Shown here in pieces: positions 29,486-38,288 of a stretch of DNA of 64,000 bases. Positions within the stretch are counted from its first letter, which is position 1, and every line of letters starts with the position of its first letter. Position numbers and translations under genes: made by a program. Source of the stretch: an uncultured Clostridia bacterium (lineage in GTDB: Bacteria; Bacillota; Clostridia; DUPQ01); NCBI GenBank assembly GCA_963766335.1, contig CAVXZA010000002.1, forward strand, positions 928,292-992,291, read 5' to 3'. Below the pieces are notes generated by a model. The model was not told where the DNA came from. It did not search any database and saw only the letters and a list, made by a program, of their open reading frames with translations.

Positions 29486-31096
29486 ATGTCCTATATAGCG
29501 CTTTACCGGGAATGGCGCCCCGGTACATTCGATGAAGTAATTGAGCAGGAACACATTACAAGAACCCTCAGAAATGCTATAAGAAAAGACAGGGTTGCGC
29601 ATGCGTATCTTTTTTGCGGAACAAGGGGAACAGGCAAAACCAGCATGGCCTACATTATGTCGCGTGCAGTGAACTGTCTCGACCTTCAAGATGGCAATCC
29701 GTGTAATAAATGTGAAATCTGCAAAGGAATATTAAACGGCACGATGCTGGATGTCATCGAAATGGATGCCGCATCCAACAACGGTGTTGAAAATATCCGT
29801 ACAATAAGGGATGAAGTTGCTTATGCTCCTGCAATGGCGAAATATAAAGTCTATATAATTGATGAAGTCCACATGCTGTCAGCGGGAGCATTTAATGCTC
29901 TTTTAAAGACGCTTGAAGAACCTCCGTCGCATGTAATTTTTATATTAGCTACTACAGAACCTCACAGACTTCCGGCAACTGTTCTTTCCCGATGCCAGCG
30001 GTACGACTTCCACAGAATTTCAGCAGAAGGCATCAGTGAACGTTTGAACCAGATTATTGAAAACAAAAAAGTTACGATAACCGATAGAGCAATGAGAATA
30101 ATTGCACGAGTTGCGAACGGGGCACTCAGAGATGCAATCAGCTTGCTGGACCAATGCATATCTTCAGGTGCGACAACAATTGATGTAGATGTGGTTCTGG
30201 AAAGCGCCGGAATTCTCCAGGATGAAGCTGCTGCCGATATCGCCCAGGCTATCTATGATAAGAATGTTCCGCAGGTGCTTGAAATTGCCGACGCGGTTCT
30301 TATGGAAGGCAAAAGTCCTGCGCAATTCCTCGCAAGCCTTATTTATTATTACAGGAACCTGCTGATATGCTCGGGTGTAGATAAACCGGGGATGTTCATT
30401 GAAAGCAGCGATGACATGATTGAGACCATGAAACGCCAGGCAGGACTCATGGGAAGCGAATTTATTACATATGCAATCAGGGAGCTGTCAGCTTCAGAAG
30501 CCACAATAAAGAAATCTCTTCAGCCGAGGACGTACCTAGAGATAGTGCTTATAAACCTATCATCCATGAATATATCTTTCCCGGAACAGGCTTCTTTAAG
30601 GGAAAGAATATCGGCCCTTGAGAATAAAATCAACAGATTAAAAAATGCAGCGCCTGTACAAGTTTCTTCTGATGACGGTTACCGGAATTCGGTACAAACC
30701 CGTCATTCCTTAAATAAAGAAAAACCCGTAAAGAAACAGCCGAAACCTGCCCAGGCAAAGAAAAAGGCGAAGGCTAACCCTGATTTTAAGTGGAATGAGG
30801 TTATAAACCTCTTGAAAAATAAAAATGCGATAGAGGTGTCGCCGTACCTGCCTGGATCCACAGCTACACTTGAAGGGGACGTCCTAAGCATATCATTTAC
30901 AAAGGCCTTTACTAAAAACATGATTAGCAGCAACCGCACAAATATGACTATAATAAAATCAGCGGTAGATGAACTGTACGGTACAGATTGCGAAATAAAC
31001 ATATATTCAAATGATGTTCCCGCAGCCGGGGATGACTACTTCGATGAAAAGGTAAAACAGGCGGAGGCACTTGGCATTACGCTTGAGATAGAATAA
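29486..31096 (+). CDS. dnaX: DNA polymerase III subunits gamma/tau
   Basis: YLFCGTRGTGKTS (Walker A), the zinc module CNKCEICKG, and IIDEVHMLS. Confidence 0.95.
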   Translation: MSYIALYREWRPGTFDEVIEQEHITRTLRNAIRKDRVAHAYLFCGTRGTGKTSMAYIMSRAVNCLDLQDGNPCNKCEICKGILNGTMLDVIEMDAASNNGVENIRTIRDEVAYAPAMAKYKVYIIDEVHMLSAGAFNALLKTLEEPPSHVIFILATTEPHRLPATVLSRCQRYDFHRISAEGISERLNQIIENKKVTITDRAMRIIARVANGALRDAISLLDQCISSGATTIDVDVVLESAGILQDEAAADIAQAIYDKNVPQVLEIADAVLMEGKSPAQFLASLIYYYRNLLICSGVDKPGMFIESSDDMIETMKRQAGLMGSEFITYAIRELSASEATIKKSLQPRTYLEIVLINLSSMNISFPEQASLRERISALENKINRLKNAAPVQVSSDDGYRNSVQTRHSLNKEKPVKKQPKPAQAKKKAKANPDFKWNEVINLLKNKNAIEVSPYLPGSTATLEGDVLSISFTKAFTKNMISSNRTNMTIIKSAVDELYGTDCEINIYSNDVPAAGDDYFDEKVKQAEALGITLEIE

Positions 31097-31106
31097 GGAG
31101 GGAATA

Positions 31107-31448
31107 ATGGCAAGAGGAACAATGGGCGGCAACAAGGGAGGAAACAATTTCGGAAACCTGATGAAACAAGCCCAGAAAATGCAGATGGAAATGCAGAAAG
31201 CTCAGAAAGAGCTTGAAGAAAAGATATTTGAAGGCCGTGCCGGCGGCGGAGCTGTACGGATAGAGATGAACGGTAAAAAGGAAATGACATCGATAGAAAT
31301 TGAACCCGATGTCGCAGATCCCGAAGACATTGAAATGCTCCAGGATCTCATAATGGCTGCGTTCAACCAGGCAATTGAAAAAGTTGATGAAGAAACACAG
31401 TCAAAAATGGGCGGCATTACAGGCGGAATGAAGATTCCAGGGATGTAG
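31107..31448 (+). CDS. ybaB: YbaB/EbfC family nucleoid-associated protein
   Basis: It contains MKQAQKMQMEMQKAQKELEE, is 113 aa long, and sits between dnaX and recR. Confidence 0.9.
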   Translation: MARGTMGGNKGGNNFGNLMKQAQKMQMEMQKAQKELEEKIFEGRAGGGAVRIEMNGKKEMTSIEIEPDVADPEDIEMLQDLIMAAFNQAIEKVDEETQSKMGGITGGMKIPGM

Positions 31449-31455
31449 GTGATAT

Positions 31456-32052
31456 ATGTCAGGAATTTACCCCAAAGCACTATCACGTCTTATTGAGGCA
31501 TTTGAATCATTTCCCGGAATAGGAAGGAAAATGGCGCAAAGGCTTGCTTTTTATACCCTTGAAATGGATGACAGGCGCATTGAATTCATATCTGATGCAA
31601 TAAAAAAAGTGAAAAAAGAAGTGGCTTACTGCTCAGTGTGCTGTAATATCTCAGATGGCGACCCTTGTAACATTTGCAGAAGTTCCAGGGATAAGAGCAC
31701 TATTTGTGTTGTGCAAACCCCCAAAGATGTAATAGCAATGGAAAAGACCGGTGAATTCAGGGGAGGTTATCACGTTCTGCACGGTGTGATATCACCGATG
31801 GAAGGCATAGGCCCGGGTGATATCCGTATAAAAGAGCTTCTTGCCAGACTGGGCGATGGCTCTGAAGAGGTTATTGTTGCTACAAGCCCAACGGTTGAAG
31901 GCGAAGCCACGGCAATGTATATTTCAAAACTTTTAAAACCGCTTGGAATCAAAGTTACAAGGATTGCGCATGGCATTCCGGTCGGAGCTGACATAGAATT
32001 TACTGACGAAGCTACACTAATCAGGGCACTCAGGGGAAGAACAGATATATAA
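31456..32052 (+). CDS. recR: recombination protein RecR
   Basis: [21 protein letters not shown] (HhH), a C4 zinc finger ([16 protein letters not shown]) and a Toprim domain. Confidence 0.95.
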   Translation: MSGIYPKALSRLIEAFESFPGIGRKMAQRLAFYTLEMDDRRIEFISDAIKKVKKEVAYCSVCCNISDGDPCNICRSSRDKSTICVVQTPKDVIAMEKTGEFRGGYHVLHGVISPMEGIGPGDIRIKELLARLGDGSEEVIVATSPTVEGEATAMYISKLLKPLGIKVTRIAHGIPVGADIEFTDEATLIRALRGRTDI

Positions 32053-32275
32053 ATGAGTAAAAAAAGAGCACTCCTTCGATATAATAAAAATAATAATTTC
32101 GTGGTGAGTGCCTTATGCAACTGATATTAAATAAACTTAGATATATGTTCAACGAGGAATATAAATGAAAAATCGTATATCTTGTATATACAGTATATAC
32201 CCTGAATTGTGAAAAAGATATAAGAAAATTGTTAAAAAATTGTGAATTTTTTTACTATTATGGAGGACATGACAT

Positions 32276-33145
32276 ATGAAAGTTAAAAAGGCCGTCATTC
32301 CGGCTGCGGGTTTAGGCACCAGATTTCTTCCCGCCACTAAAGCACAGCCAAAGGAAATGCTTCCAATCGTAGATAAGCCGACTATTCAATATATTGTAGA
32401 AGAAGCCGCTGCTGCAGGCATAGAGGATATCATCATTATCTCCGGCCGGGGGAAAAGGGCCGTCGAAGACCACTTTGATAAATCTTATGAACTGGAAAAT
32501 ATGCTGAAACAAAAAAACAAAATGGCTATGCTTGAGGTAGTGGAAAACATTTCAAAATTGGCAAATATTTATTATGTAAGGCAAAAAGAACCCAGCGGAC
32601 TGGGGCATGCAATATACATGGCGAAATCATTCATAGGCAGTGAACCGTTTGCCGTTTTGCTCGGAGATGACATTGTACTGTCGGAAAAACCCTGCATTGG
32701 CCAGATGATGGAAAAGTACGATGAGCTTGGTAATTCAATCATTGGGCTGCAGCAAGTTGCACGCGAGGCAGTTTCAAGCTATGGAGTAATCGGTGGGAAT
32801 AGAGTATCCGATAGCCTTTATAAGATCAATGAGATGGTTGAAAAACCGGCGCCGGAGAATGCTCCGTCAGACCTTGCAATAATGGGAAGATACATAATAA
32901 ACCCGGAGATATTCGAGTGTATCGAAAGAACACAGCCCGGAAAGAACAATGAAGTCCAGCTTACTGATGCACTTACCATATTGCTTGAAAACCAGGATAT
33001 CTACGGATATGAATTTACCGGAAAGCGGTATGATGTGGGTAATAAACTAGGTTTCCTGATAGCTACTGTAGAATTTGCCCTTAGGCAGGAAGAAGTAAAG
33101 AGTGATTTTCTTAAGTATCTTAAAAGCCTTGAAAAAATACTCTGA
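32276..33145 (+). CDS. galU: UTP--glucose-1-phosphate uridylyltransferase
   Basis: KAVIPAAGLGTRFLPATKAQPKEMLPIVDKPTIQYIVEE. Confidence 0.9.
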   Translation: MKVKKAVIPAAGLGTRFLPATKAQPKEMLPIVDKPTIQYIVEEAAAAGIEDIIIISGRGKRAVEDHFDKSYELENMLKQKNKMAMLEVVENISKLANIYYVRQKEPSGLGHAIYMAKSFIGSEPFAVLLGDDIVLSEKPCIGQMMEKYDELGNSIIGLQQVAREAVSSYGVIGGNRVSDSLYKINEMVEKPAPENAPSDLAIMGRYIINPEIFECIERTQPGKNNEVQLTDALTILLENQDIYGYEFTGKRYDVGNKLGFLIATVEFALRQEEVKSDFLKYLKSLEKIL

Positions 33146-33147
33146 TT

Positions 33148-33855
33148 TTACCAGCCTGAGATATGATTGCGCTTTATCGCCCCGAAGATATTAGGCCTGA
33201 AGTGTTTATTATCCCGCGAAAGCGATTTTATCAACTCCCTGATATTTTCGCGGCCGGTGTTTCCACTTACAGGACACGGATTTTCAACAGTGGGAATATC
33301 AAATAGATTGCGGTAGTACCTGACATCTTTATCATAAGAATATGAGAGAGGCCTGATCACATACAGGTCCTTTTTTGACAGGTATGTCACAGGACTGAAA
33401 GTGTTGAAACGCCCTTCGTAAAAAAGGCTCATTAAATAGGTTTCGATTACATCATCTTTATTGTGGCCAAGGGCAACTTTATTACATCCTGCATCTTTAG
33501 CTGCATTATTAAGGGCGCCTCGCCGCATATTCGCACATAACGAACAGGGATTGTTCTCTTTTCTGGCATCAAATACAATTTTACCGATATTAGTTTCAAT
33601 CACTTCATACGGTACTTTTATTTCATCGCAGATATTTTGCATCGGCGAAAGATCAAAACCATCAAATCCAAGGGCAACAGTAAATGCCTTTAGCTTAAAT
33701 GGTATTTTAAGATAATTGCGTATATCCGCAATTGCATGGAGCATGACCATACTGTCCTTACCGCCGGAAACACCAACTCCGATTACGTCTCCCGCTTCAA
33801 TTGCTTGATAATCCTTTATGAAATTAATAATCTGTCCCGTTACTACACTTCCCAT
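33148..33855 (-). CDS. ttcA: PP-loop ATPase, tRNA 2-thiocytidine biosynthesis TtcA family
   Basis: The PP-loop is VGVSGGKDS. CSLCANMRRG and GHNKDD are also present. Confidence 0.75.
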   Translation of the reverse strand: MGSVVTGQIINFIKDYQAIEAGDVIGVGVSGGKDSMVMLHAIADIRNYLKIPFKLKAFTVALGFDGFDLSPMQNICDEIKVPYEVIETNIGKIVFDARKENNPCSLCANMRRGALNNAAKDAGCNKVALGHNKDDVIETYLMSLFYEGRFNTFSPVTYLSKKDLYVIRPLSYSYDKDVRYYRNLFDIPTVENPCPVSGNTGRENIRELIKSLSRDNKHFRPNIFGAIKRNHISGW

Positions 33856-34080
33856 GTGGATAATCAGCCTCCCCTATTTATCAATATTCCCCGCTGTTGG
33901 AATATCACCCCTCCGCTTCCGTTCCGGTTTATTGTATGACAGTGTGATGGATTATACAATATATTGGTAATCTAAGTTATTTAACAGGAGGAACTGTATT
34001 TTTCAAGGTTTATATTGGAATCATTCTCCAGTTTCGGGTAAAATTAAGATAGTTAATCAAATAGGGAAGGAAATGATGCA

Positions 34081-35193
34081 ATGGGTATTATGGATTTTAT
34101 AAAAGGCCAGTTTATTGATGTCATAGAATGGGTGGACACAGACACCGATGCAATGGTCTGGAAGTTTGAGAGAAAAGGTAATGAAATAAAGATGGGTGCG
34201 CAGTTGACTGTTCGCGAATCACAGGCAGCAATCTTTGTGAATGAAGGACAGATAGCCGATGTTTTCCAACCCGGCCGGTATGAACTGTCAACCCAAAACC
34301 TGCCGATATTAACGACGTTGAAATCATGGAAGTACGGGTTTAATTCTCCATTTAAAGCAGACGTATTTTTTGTAAATATGAAGCAATTCACCAACAGGAA
34401 GTGGGGAACAGCCAATCCGATTATCAGAAGGGACTCCGATTTTGGAATAGTACGGCTACGTGCTTTTGGTATATATTCTTTCAAAGTTGACGACCCTGCC
34501 CAGTTCCTTAGGGAAATATTCGGGACGAATCCTGATTTTGATACAGGCGATATCGAGGGTCAGTTAAAACGTCAGCTTGTTTCCGGGCTTTCTGATTCTT
34601 TGGCTGAATCAAAAATTCCAATACTTGATATGGCGATGAATTATGATGAACTTGGCAATGAAGCTGTGGCTAATCTACAGCCAAGATTCACATCCCTGGG
34701 GCTGAAACTTGTTTCACTTTACATAGAAAATGTTTCGCTTCCTGAAGAAGTTGAGAAGGTTCTTGATAAAAAGACACAGATGGGTGTGGTCGGGGATATG
34801 AGGACATATACCCAGTACCAGACTGCAGAAGCTATACGAGATGCAGCTCAGAATGAGGGCGGCGGCACTGCCGGTGCAGGTGTAGGCCTTGGAGCAGGAG
34901 TAGCCATGGGCAAAGCAATGGCTGATGCCATGAAGCCCGGGGAAACCACTTATACAAATATTAAATGTTCAAACTGCGGATCGGGTATGCCTGCTGATGC
35001 TAAATTCTGCCCTGAGTGCGGAAAATCTACAAGCCCCGAAACAACCAAGTGTATTAAGTGCGGGGTATTGATTGATAATGGCGCTAAGTTCTGCCCCGAG
35101 TGCGGAAGTCTGCAGCAGTCGGTTTGTACAAATTGCGGAGTTGCCATGACTTCAGATGCAAAATTCTGCCCGGAATGCGGTACTAAAACCTAA
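34081..35193 (+). CDS. SPFH-domain protein (YdjI-like) with three C-terminal zinc-ribbon repeats
   Basis: The N-terminus FIKGQFIDVIEWVD...WKF resembles YdjI / virion-core-protein-like SPFH proteins. A Gly/Ala linker follows, then three CxxCG...FCPECG ribbons. Confidence 0.7.
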   Translation: MGIMDFIKGQFIDVIEWVDTDTDAMVWKFERKGNEIKMGAQLTVRESQAAIFVNEGQIADVFQPGRYELSTQNLPILTTLKSWKYGFNSPFKADVFFVNMKQFTNRKWGTANPIIRRDSDFGIVRLRAFGIYSFKVDDPAQFLREIFGTNPDFDTGDIEGQLKRQLVSGLSDSLAESKIPILDMAMNYDELGNEAVANLQPRFTSLGLKLVSLYIENVSLPEEVEKVLDKKTQMGVVGDMRTYTQYQTAEAIRDAAQNEGGGTAGAGVGLGAGVAMGKAMADAMKPGETTYTNIKCSNCGSGMPADAKFCPECGKSTSPETTKCIKCGVLIDNGAKFCPECGSLQQSVCTNCGVAMTSDAKFCPECGTKT

Positions 35194-35224
35194 TAGGAAG
35201 GCAATGATAAGAGGTCATTCATAG

Positions 35225-36355
35225 ATGGAAAATGTATCAGATAAGAATACAAAGCAGTTTCCCTGTGGTTCCTGCGGGGCAGCCGCGGTTTTCGATCCGG
35301 AAAGCCAGGCGCTAAAATGCAGTTACTGTGGTTCCATTACCCAAATTGATGAAATAGATGAAGAAATTCTTGAACATGATTTCAGGACCTCTCTTGACCA
35401 CGAACCAAAAGAAAAGTGGCAAGGCGAGACAAAAGTAGTGCGATGTGAGAACTGCGGCGGCCAAACTGTGCTGGAAGATTCTGCAACAGCCGATAAATGT
35501 AATTTCTGCGGGTCGCCCCATGTTGTCAGCCTCTCTGAGTTCTCTGGGATTAAACCGGAATCCCTTATTCCGTTCAGGATTTCTCGAAAGCAAGTAAAAG
35601 CACTATTCAAAAAATGGATATCGCGAAAACCTTTTGCACCACGGTCATTAAAAAAAGAATACAGGGGAGATAAGATTAACGGAATATATATACCATACTG
35701 GACATATGATTCCGACAGTTTCACAGCATATTCAGCAGAGGCCGGTACTTATTACTATGTAACACAACACTATACAGTCATGGTGAATGGAAAGCCTCAG
35801 AGAAGAACGCGGCAGGTCCGTAAAACCCGGTGGAGGCCTGTAAGCGGGACGTACGACAGGTTTTTCAATGACCTGCTTGTCAATGCATCCAATAGCAACA
35901 ATCGTAGGATGGTCGAAGGAGTAGAACCTTTTAGACTTGAAGGCCTTGTTGGCTACAAACCTGACTATCTATCAGGATTTGCAGCCGAAAGGTATGCAGT
36001 GCCCCTTGGCGACGGCTGGAACATTGCCCGTGATGAGGCTGTCCGTATCCTGCGGCAGGAGATAACAAGAAAAATTAATGCCGACGAGGTGCGAAACCTC
36101 AGATTAAGGACATCATACTCAGACATAAAGTTCAGACATACCCTTTTTCCCCTTTGGATTTCCTCATACCGGTATAGAAACAAGTCGTTCAACTATATGG
36201 TAAACGGCCAGACCGGGCGTTTCAGCGGGAAAGCCCCTGTCAGTGCGATAAAGGTTTTCCTGACCGTGGTAATAACCATCGCGATAATCATCCTTGCAAT
36301 ATATCTGCTCAGGGAATCAGGATTGCTTGAAGGCAGTACTACCTATACTTATTAA
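35225..36355 (+). CDS. double zinc-ribbon protein with a C-terminal membrane anchor (YdjG-like)
   Basis: It has CGSCG...CSYCGS and CENCGG...CNFCGS ribbons, a domain of about 230 aa, and a C-terminal TM helix (VFLTVVITIAIIILAIYLL). Confidence 0.55.
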   Translation: MENVSDKNTKQFPCGSCGAAAVFDPESQALKCSYCGSITQIDEIDEEILEHDFRTSLDHEPKEKWQGETKVVRCENCGGQTVLEDSATADKCNFCGSPHVVSLSEFSGIKPESLIPFRISRKQVKALFKKWISRKPFAPRSLKKEYRGDKINGIYIPYWTYDSDSFTAYSAEAGTYYYVTQHYTVMVNGKPQRRTRQVRKTRWRPVSGTYDRFFNDLLVNASNSNNRRMVEGVEPFRLEGLVGYKPDYLSGFAAERYAVPLGDGWNIARDEAVRILRQEITRKINADEVRNLRLRTSYSDIKFRHTLFPLWISSYRYRNKSFNYMVNGQTGRFSGKAPVSAIKVFLTVVITIAIIILAIYLLRESGLLEGSTTYTY

Positions 36356-36474
36356 AATTACCATACAAACTGAAATTAAATAAAATCCCATGGGATAGGT
36401 TTTTATTTAATTTGTATTGTTACCGGTTTATTTAGGCGGGTATAAATTAAGCAAGACGTTAGGAGGCAATAAAA

Positions 36475-36990
36475 ATGGTTAGTGAGAGTATTTTAAAATT
36501 ATTAAATGAGCAAATAAAAAAAGAACTGCATTCTGCATATGTATATTTGGGTATTGAGGCATATCTGGCAGACCTTGGTCTCAAGGGAATGGCCAATTGG
36601 TTCAGGGTACAAACCCAGGAAGAACTTGACCATGCGATGAAATTCTTCGGATATGTTAATGAAGTGGGTGGACTGGCGCAGCTTGGTACCATTGAAGAAG
36701 TTTCTACATCTTATGAAACACCGCTTGCAGCTATGCAGGCAGCCCTTGATCATGAAAGATATATTACCGGTGAAATTTACAAGATAGTAGACGCCGCGGT
36801 TGAAGAAAGAGATCATAAGACCAATTCTTTCTTAAAATGGTTCGTAGACGAACAGGTAGAAGAAGAAGCCAATGCAGAAGACAATGTAAAAAATCTGGAA
36901 TTGGTTAAAGACAGTCCCAACGGTGTATTCATGATTGATCGTGAAATGGCATCACGAGTTTATGTGCCGATGGCAGCCGAACCCGCTTAA
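36475..36990 (+). CDS. non-haem ferritin
   Basis: LNEQIKKELHSAYVYLGIEAY...QEELDHAMKF are ferroxidase-centre residues. AGGAGG serves as the RBS. Confidence 0.85.
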   Translation: MVSESILKLLNEQIKKELHSAYVYLGIEAYLADLGLKGMANWFRVQTQEELDHAMKFFGYVNEVGGLAQLGTIEEVSTSYETPLAAMQAALDHERYITGEIYKIVDAAVEERDHKTNSFLKWFVDEQVEEEANAEDNVKNLELVKDSPNGVFMIDREMASRVYVPMAAEPA

Positions 36991-37007
36991 TAGGAATATT
37001 TTATAAA

Positions 37008-37035
37008 TGGAAAGACCGCAGGAAGCGGTCCTTTT
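37008..37035 (+). terminator. rho-independent terminator
   Basis: GACCGC-aggaa-GCGGTC followed by CTTTTCC. Confidence 0.6.
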
Positions 37036-37145
37036 CCTTGCAAAAAAAGATTAAGCTGATGCAAATTGGAATTTGTCTAATTGCATTAAAGATAAAACTT
37101 GGGGAAAAGTTAAAGACAATATAGAATATTATGAAGATAAACATA

Positions 37146-37174
37146 TAGACATCTTGTATAAGATATTGTACAAT
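37146..37174 (+). promoter_or_regulatory. promoter candidate for tRNA-Pro
   Basis: TAGACA (37146-37151), a 17-nt spacer and TACAAT (37169-37174), 17 nt before the tRNA 5' end. Confidence 0.45.
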
Positions 37175-37190
37175 TTATTTCGCACGGCCT

Positions 37191-37267
37191 CGGGATGTGG
37201 CGCAGTTTGGTAGCGCACCTGGTTTGGGACCAGGGGGCCGCAGGTTCGAATCCTGTCATCCCGACCA
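37191..37267 (+). tRNA. tRNA-Pro (anticodon TGG)
   Basis: I folded the cloverleaf by hand. The acceptor stem is CGGGATG/CATCCCG and the D arm is GCGC/GCGC. The anticodon arm is CCTGG-TTTGGGA-CCAGG and the T arm is GCAGG-TTCGAAT-CCTGT. CCA is encoded. Confidence 0.9.
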
Positions 37268-37275
37268 TAAAAAAA

Positions 37276-37767
37276 GGAAAGCTCTTGCTTTCTTTTTTTT
37301 ATGGTCCGGGGATGAATAACAAAATAGTGGCTGTAAGTTTTGACGTAAGATGCGTACCGGAGGACGCAGTCCGAGGAACGCATTGACAGTCAAAACTGTA
37401 AAACGGCAAACAGGGTTATTCCCCGCTCAGGAAAGCTCTTGCTTTCTTTTTTTTATGGTCCGGGGATGAATAACAAAATAGTGGCTGTAAGTTTTGACGT
37501 AAGATGCGTACCGGAGGACGCAGTCCGAGGAACGCATTGACAGTCAAAACTGTAAAACGGCAAACAGGGTTATTCCCCGCTCAGGAAAGCTCTTGCTTTC
37601 TTTTTTTTATGGTCCGGGGATGAATAACAAAATAGTGGCTGTAAGTTTTGACGTAAGATGCGTACCGGAGGACGCAGTCCGAGGAACGCATTGACAGTCA
37701 AAACTGTAAAACGGCAAACAGGGTTATTCCCCGCTCAGGAAAGCTCTTGCTTTCTTTTTTTATGGTC
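37276..37767 (+). repeat. tandem array of three identical 154-bp units plus a 30-bp partial fourth
   Basis: Units begin at 37276, 37430, 37584 and 37738, and copies 1-3 are identical base for base by eye. Each unit is a GAAAGC-tctt-GCTTTC hairpin with T8, followed by a 116-nt imperfect palindrome. The palindrome stems are GGG..GAATAAC/GTTATTCCCC, GTTTTGAC/GTCAAAAC, GATGCGT/ACGCATT and CGGA/TCCG. Confidence 0.95.
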
Positions 37768-37810
37768 GGTTTATATTATATCCGTCTGATATTTTGTTGA
37801 AAATTTGTTA

Positions 37811-38203
37811 TTACTTAAAAACAAAGATTCGATTGAGAAAATATCCGGTTCCTGTATAGAATACCATACCGATAATAACTCCCGGTGTTTCATTGATTCC
37901 GGCCAGGTCAATAAGAAGGTATTGCAGAAGCTGTGTAAGAATTAGTAATGAAATTGTTACAGTCAGGAATTTTAGCAGTTGGCTGCCTGCGTTTTTATCA
38001 CTTTTTCTAAATGTGAAACGGCGGTTTAGTAAAAAACTTACAGTAATCCCGACTGCATATCCCGCCAGGGTATATAAAGCATAGTGAATGCCTGTCAGCT
38101 TCAGCAAGAATATTACTGCTGCAGTGACGCCGGTGTTAACCAATCCCACCATTCCGTATCTCAGCATAGTATAAAATTCTTTAAGAATTTTCTTTCTGTC
38201 CAT
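37811..38203 (-). CDS. GtrA family membrane protein
   Basis: YGMVGLVNTGVTAAVIFLL...LNRRFTFRK and four TM segments. Confidence 0.75.
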   Translation of the reverse strand: MDRKKILKEFYTMLRYGMVGLVNTGVTAAVIFLLKLTGIHYALYTLAGYAVGITVSFLLNRRFTFRKSDKNAGSQLLKFLTVTISLLILTQLLQYLLIDLAGINETPGVIIGMVFYTGTGYFLNRIFVFK

Positions 38204-38288
38204 ATAGGTAATTATATACTAAAACATTGAATTGTAGATATAATTAGAAGATAATAGAGCTTAACAGAGCCAACCGGAAAGAAGAGTA

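Noticed and set aside
29269-29689. ORFs of 88 aa (plus strand) and 76 aa (minus strand) upstream of and overlapping the dnaX start
   Set aside because: They lie on the SRP RNA gene (conserved GTCAGGTCCGGAAGGAAGCAGC) or antisense to the dnaX 5' end, and have no RBS.
32165-32212. A 15-codon mini-ORF (MKNRISCIYSIYPEL) with a GAGGAA RBS upstream of galU
   Set aside because: It is too short to support without conservation data, and I recognised no attenuator structure linking it to galU.
37129-37386. ORF-track ORFs of 84 aa (minus strand) and 63 aa (plus strand)
   Set aside because: Both run straight through tRNA-Pro and into the first repeat unit. Neither has an RBS, and the sequence is explained by the tRNA and the hairpins.
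37276-37767. Whether the 154-bp repeats are a CRISPR array, integron attC sites or c-di-GMP-I riboswitches
   Set aside because: The units are contiguous with no unique spacers and no cas genes, so this is not CRISPR. The outer arms (GAATAAC / GTTATTC) do not fit the attC R''/R' consensus (RYYYAAC / GTTRRRY), and no integrase is present. The GGACGCAG and GGCAAAC strings recall GEMM-I but are in the wrong order and the wrong structural context.
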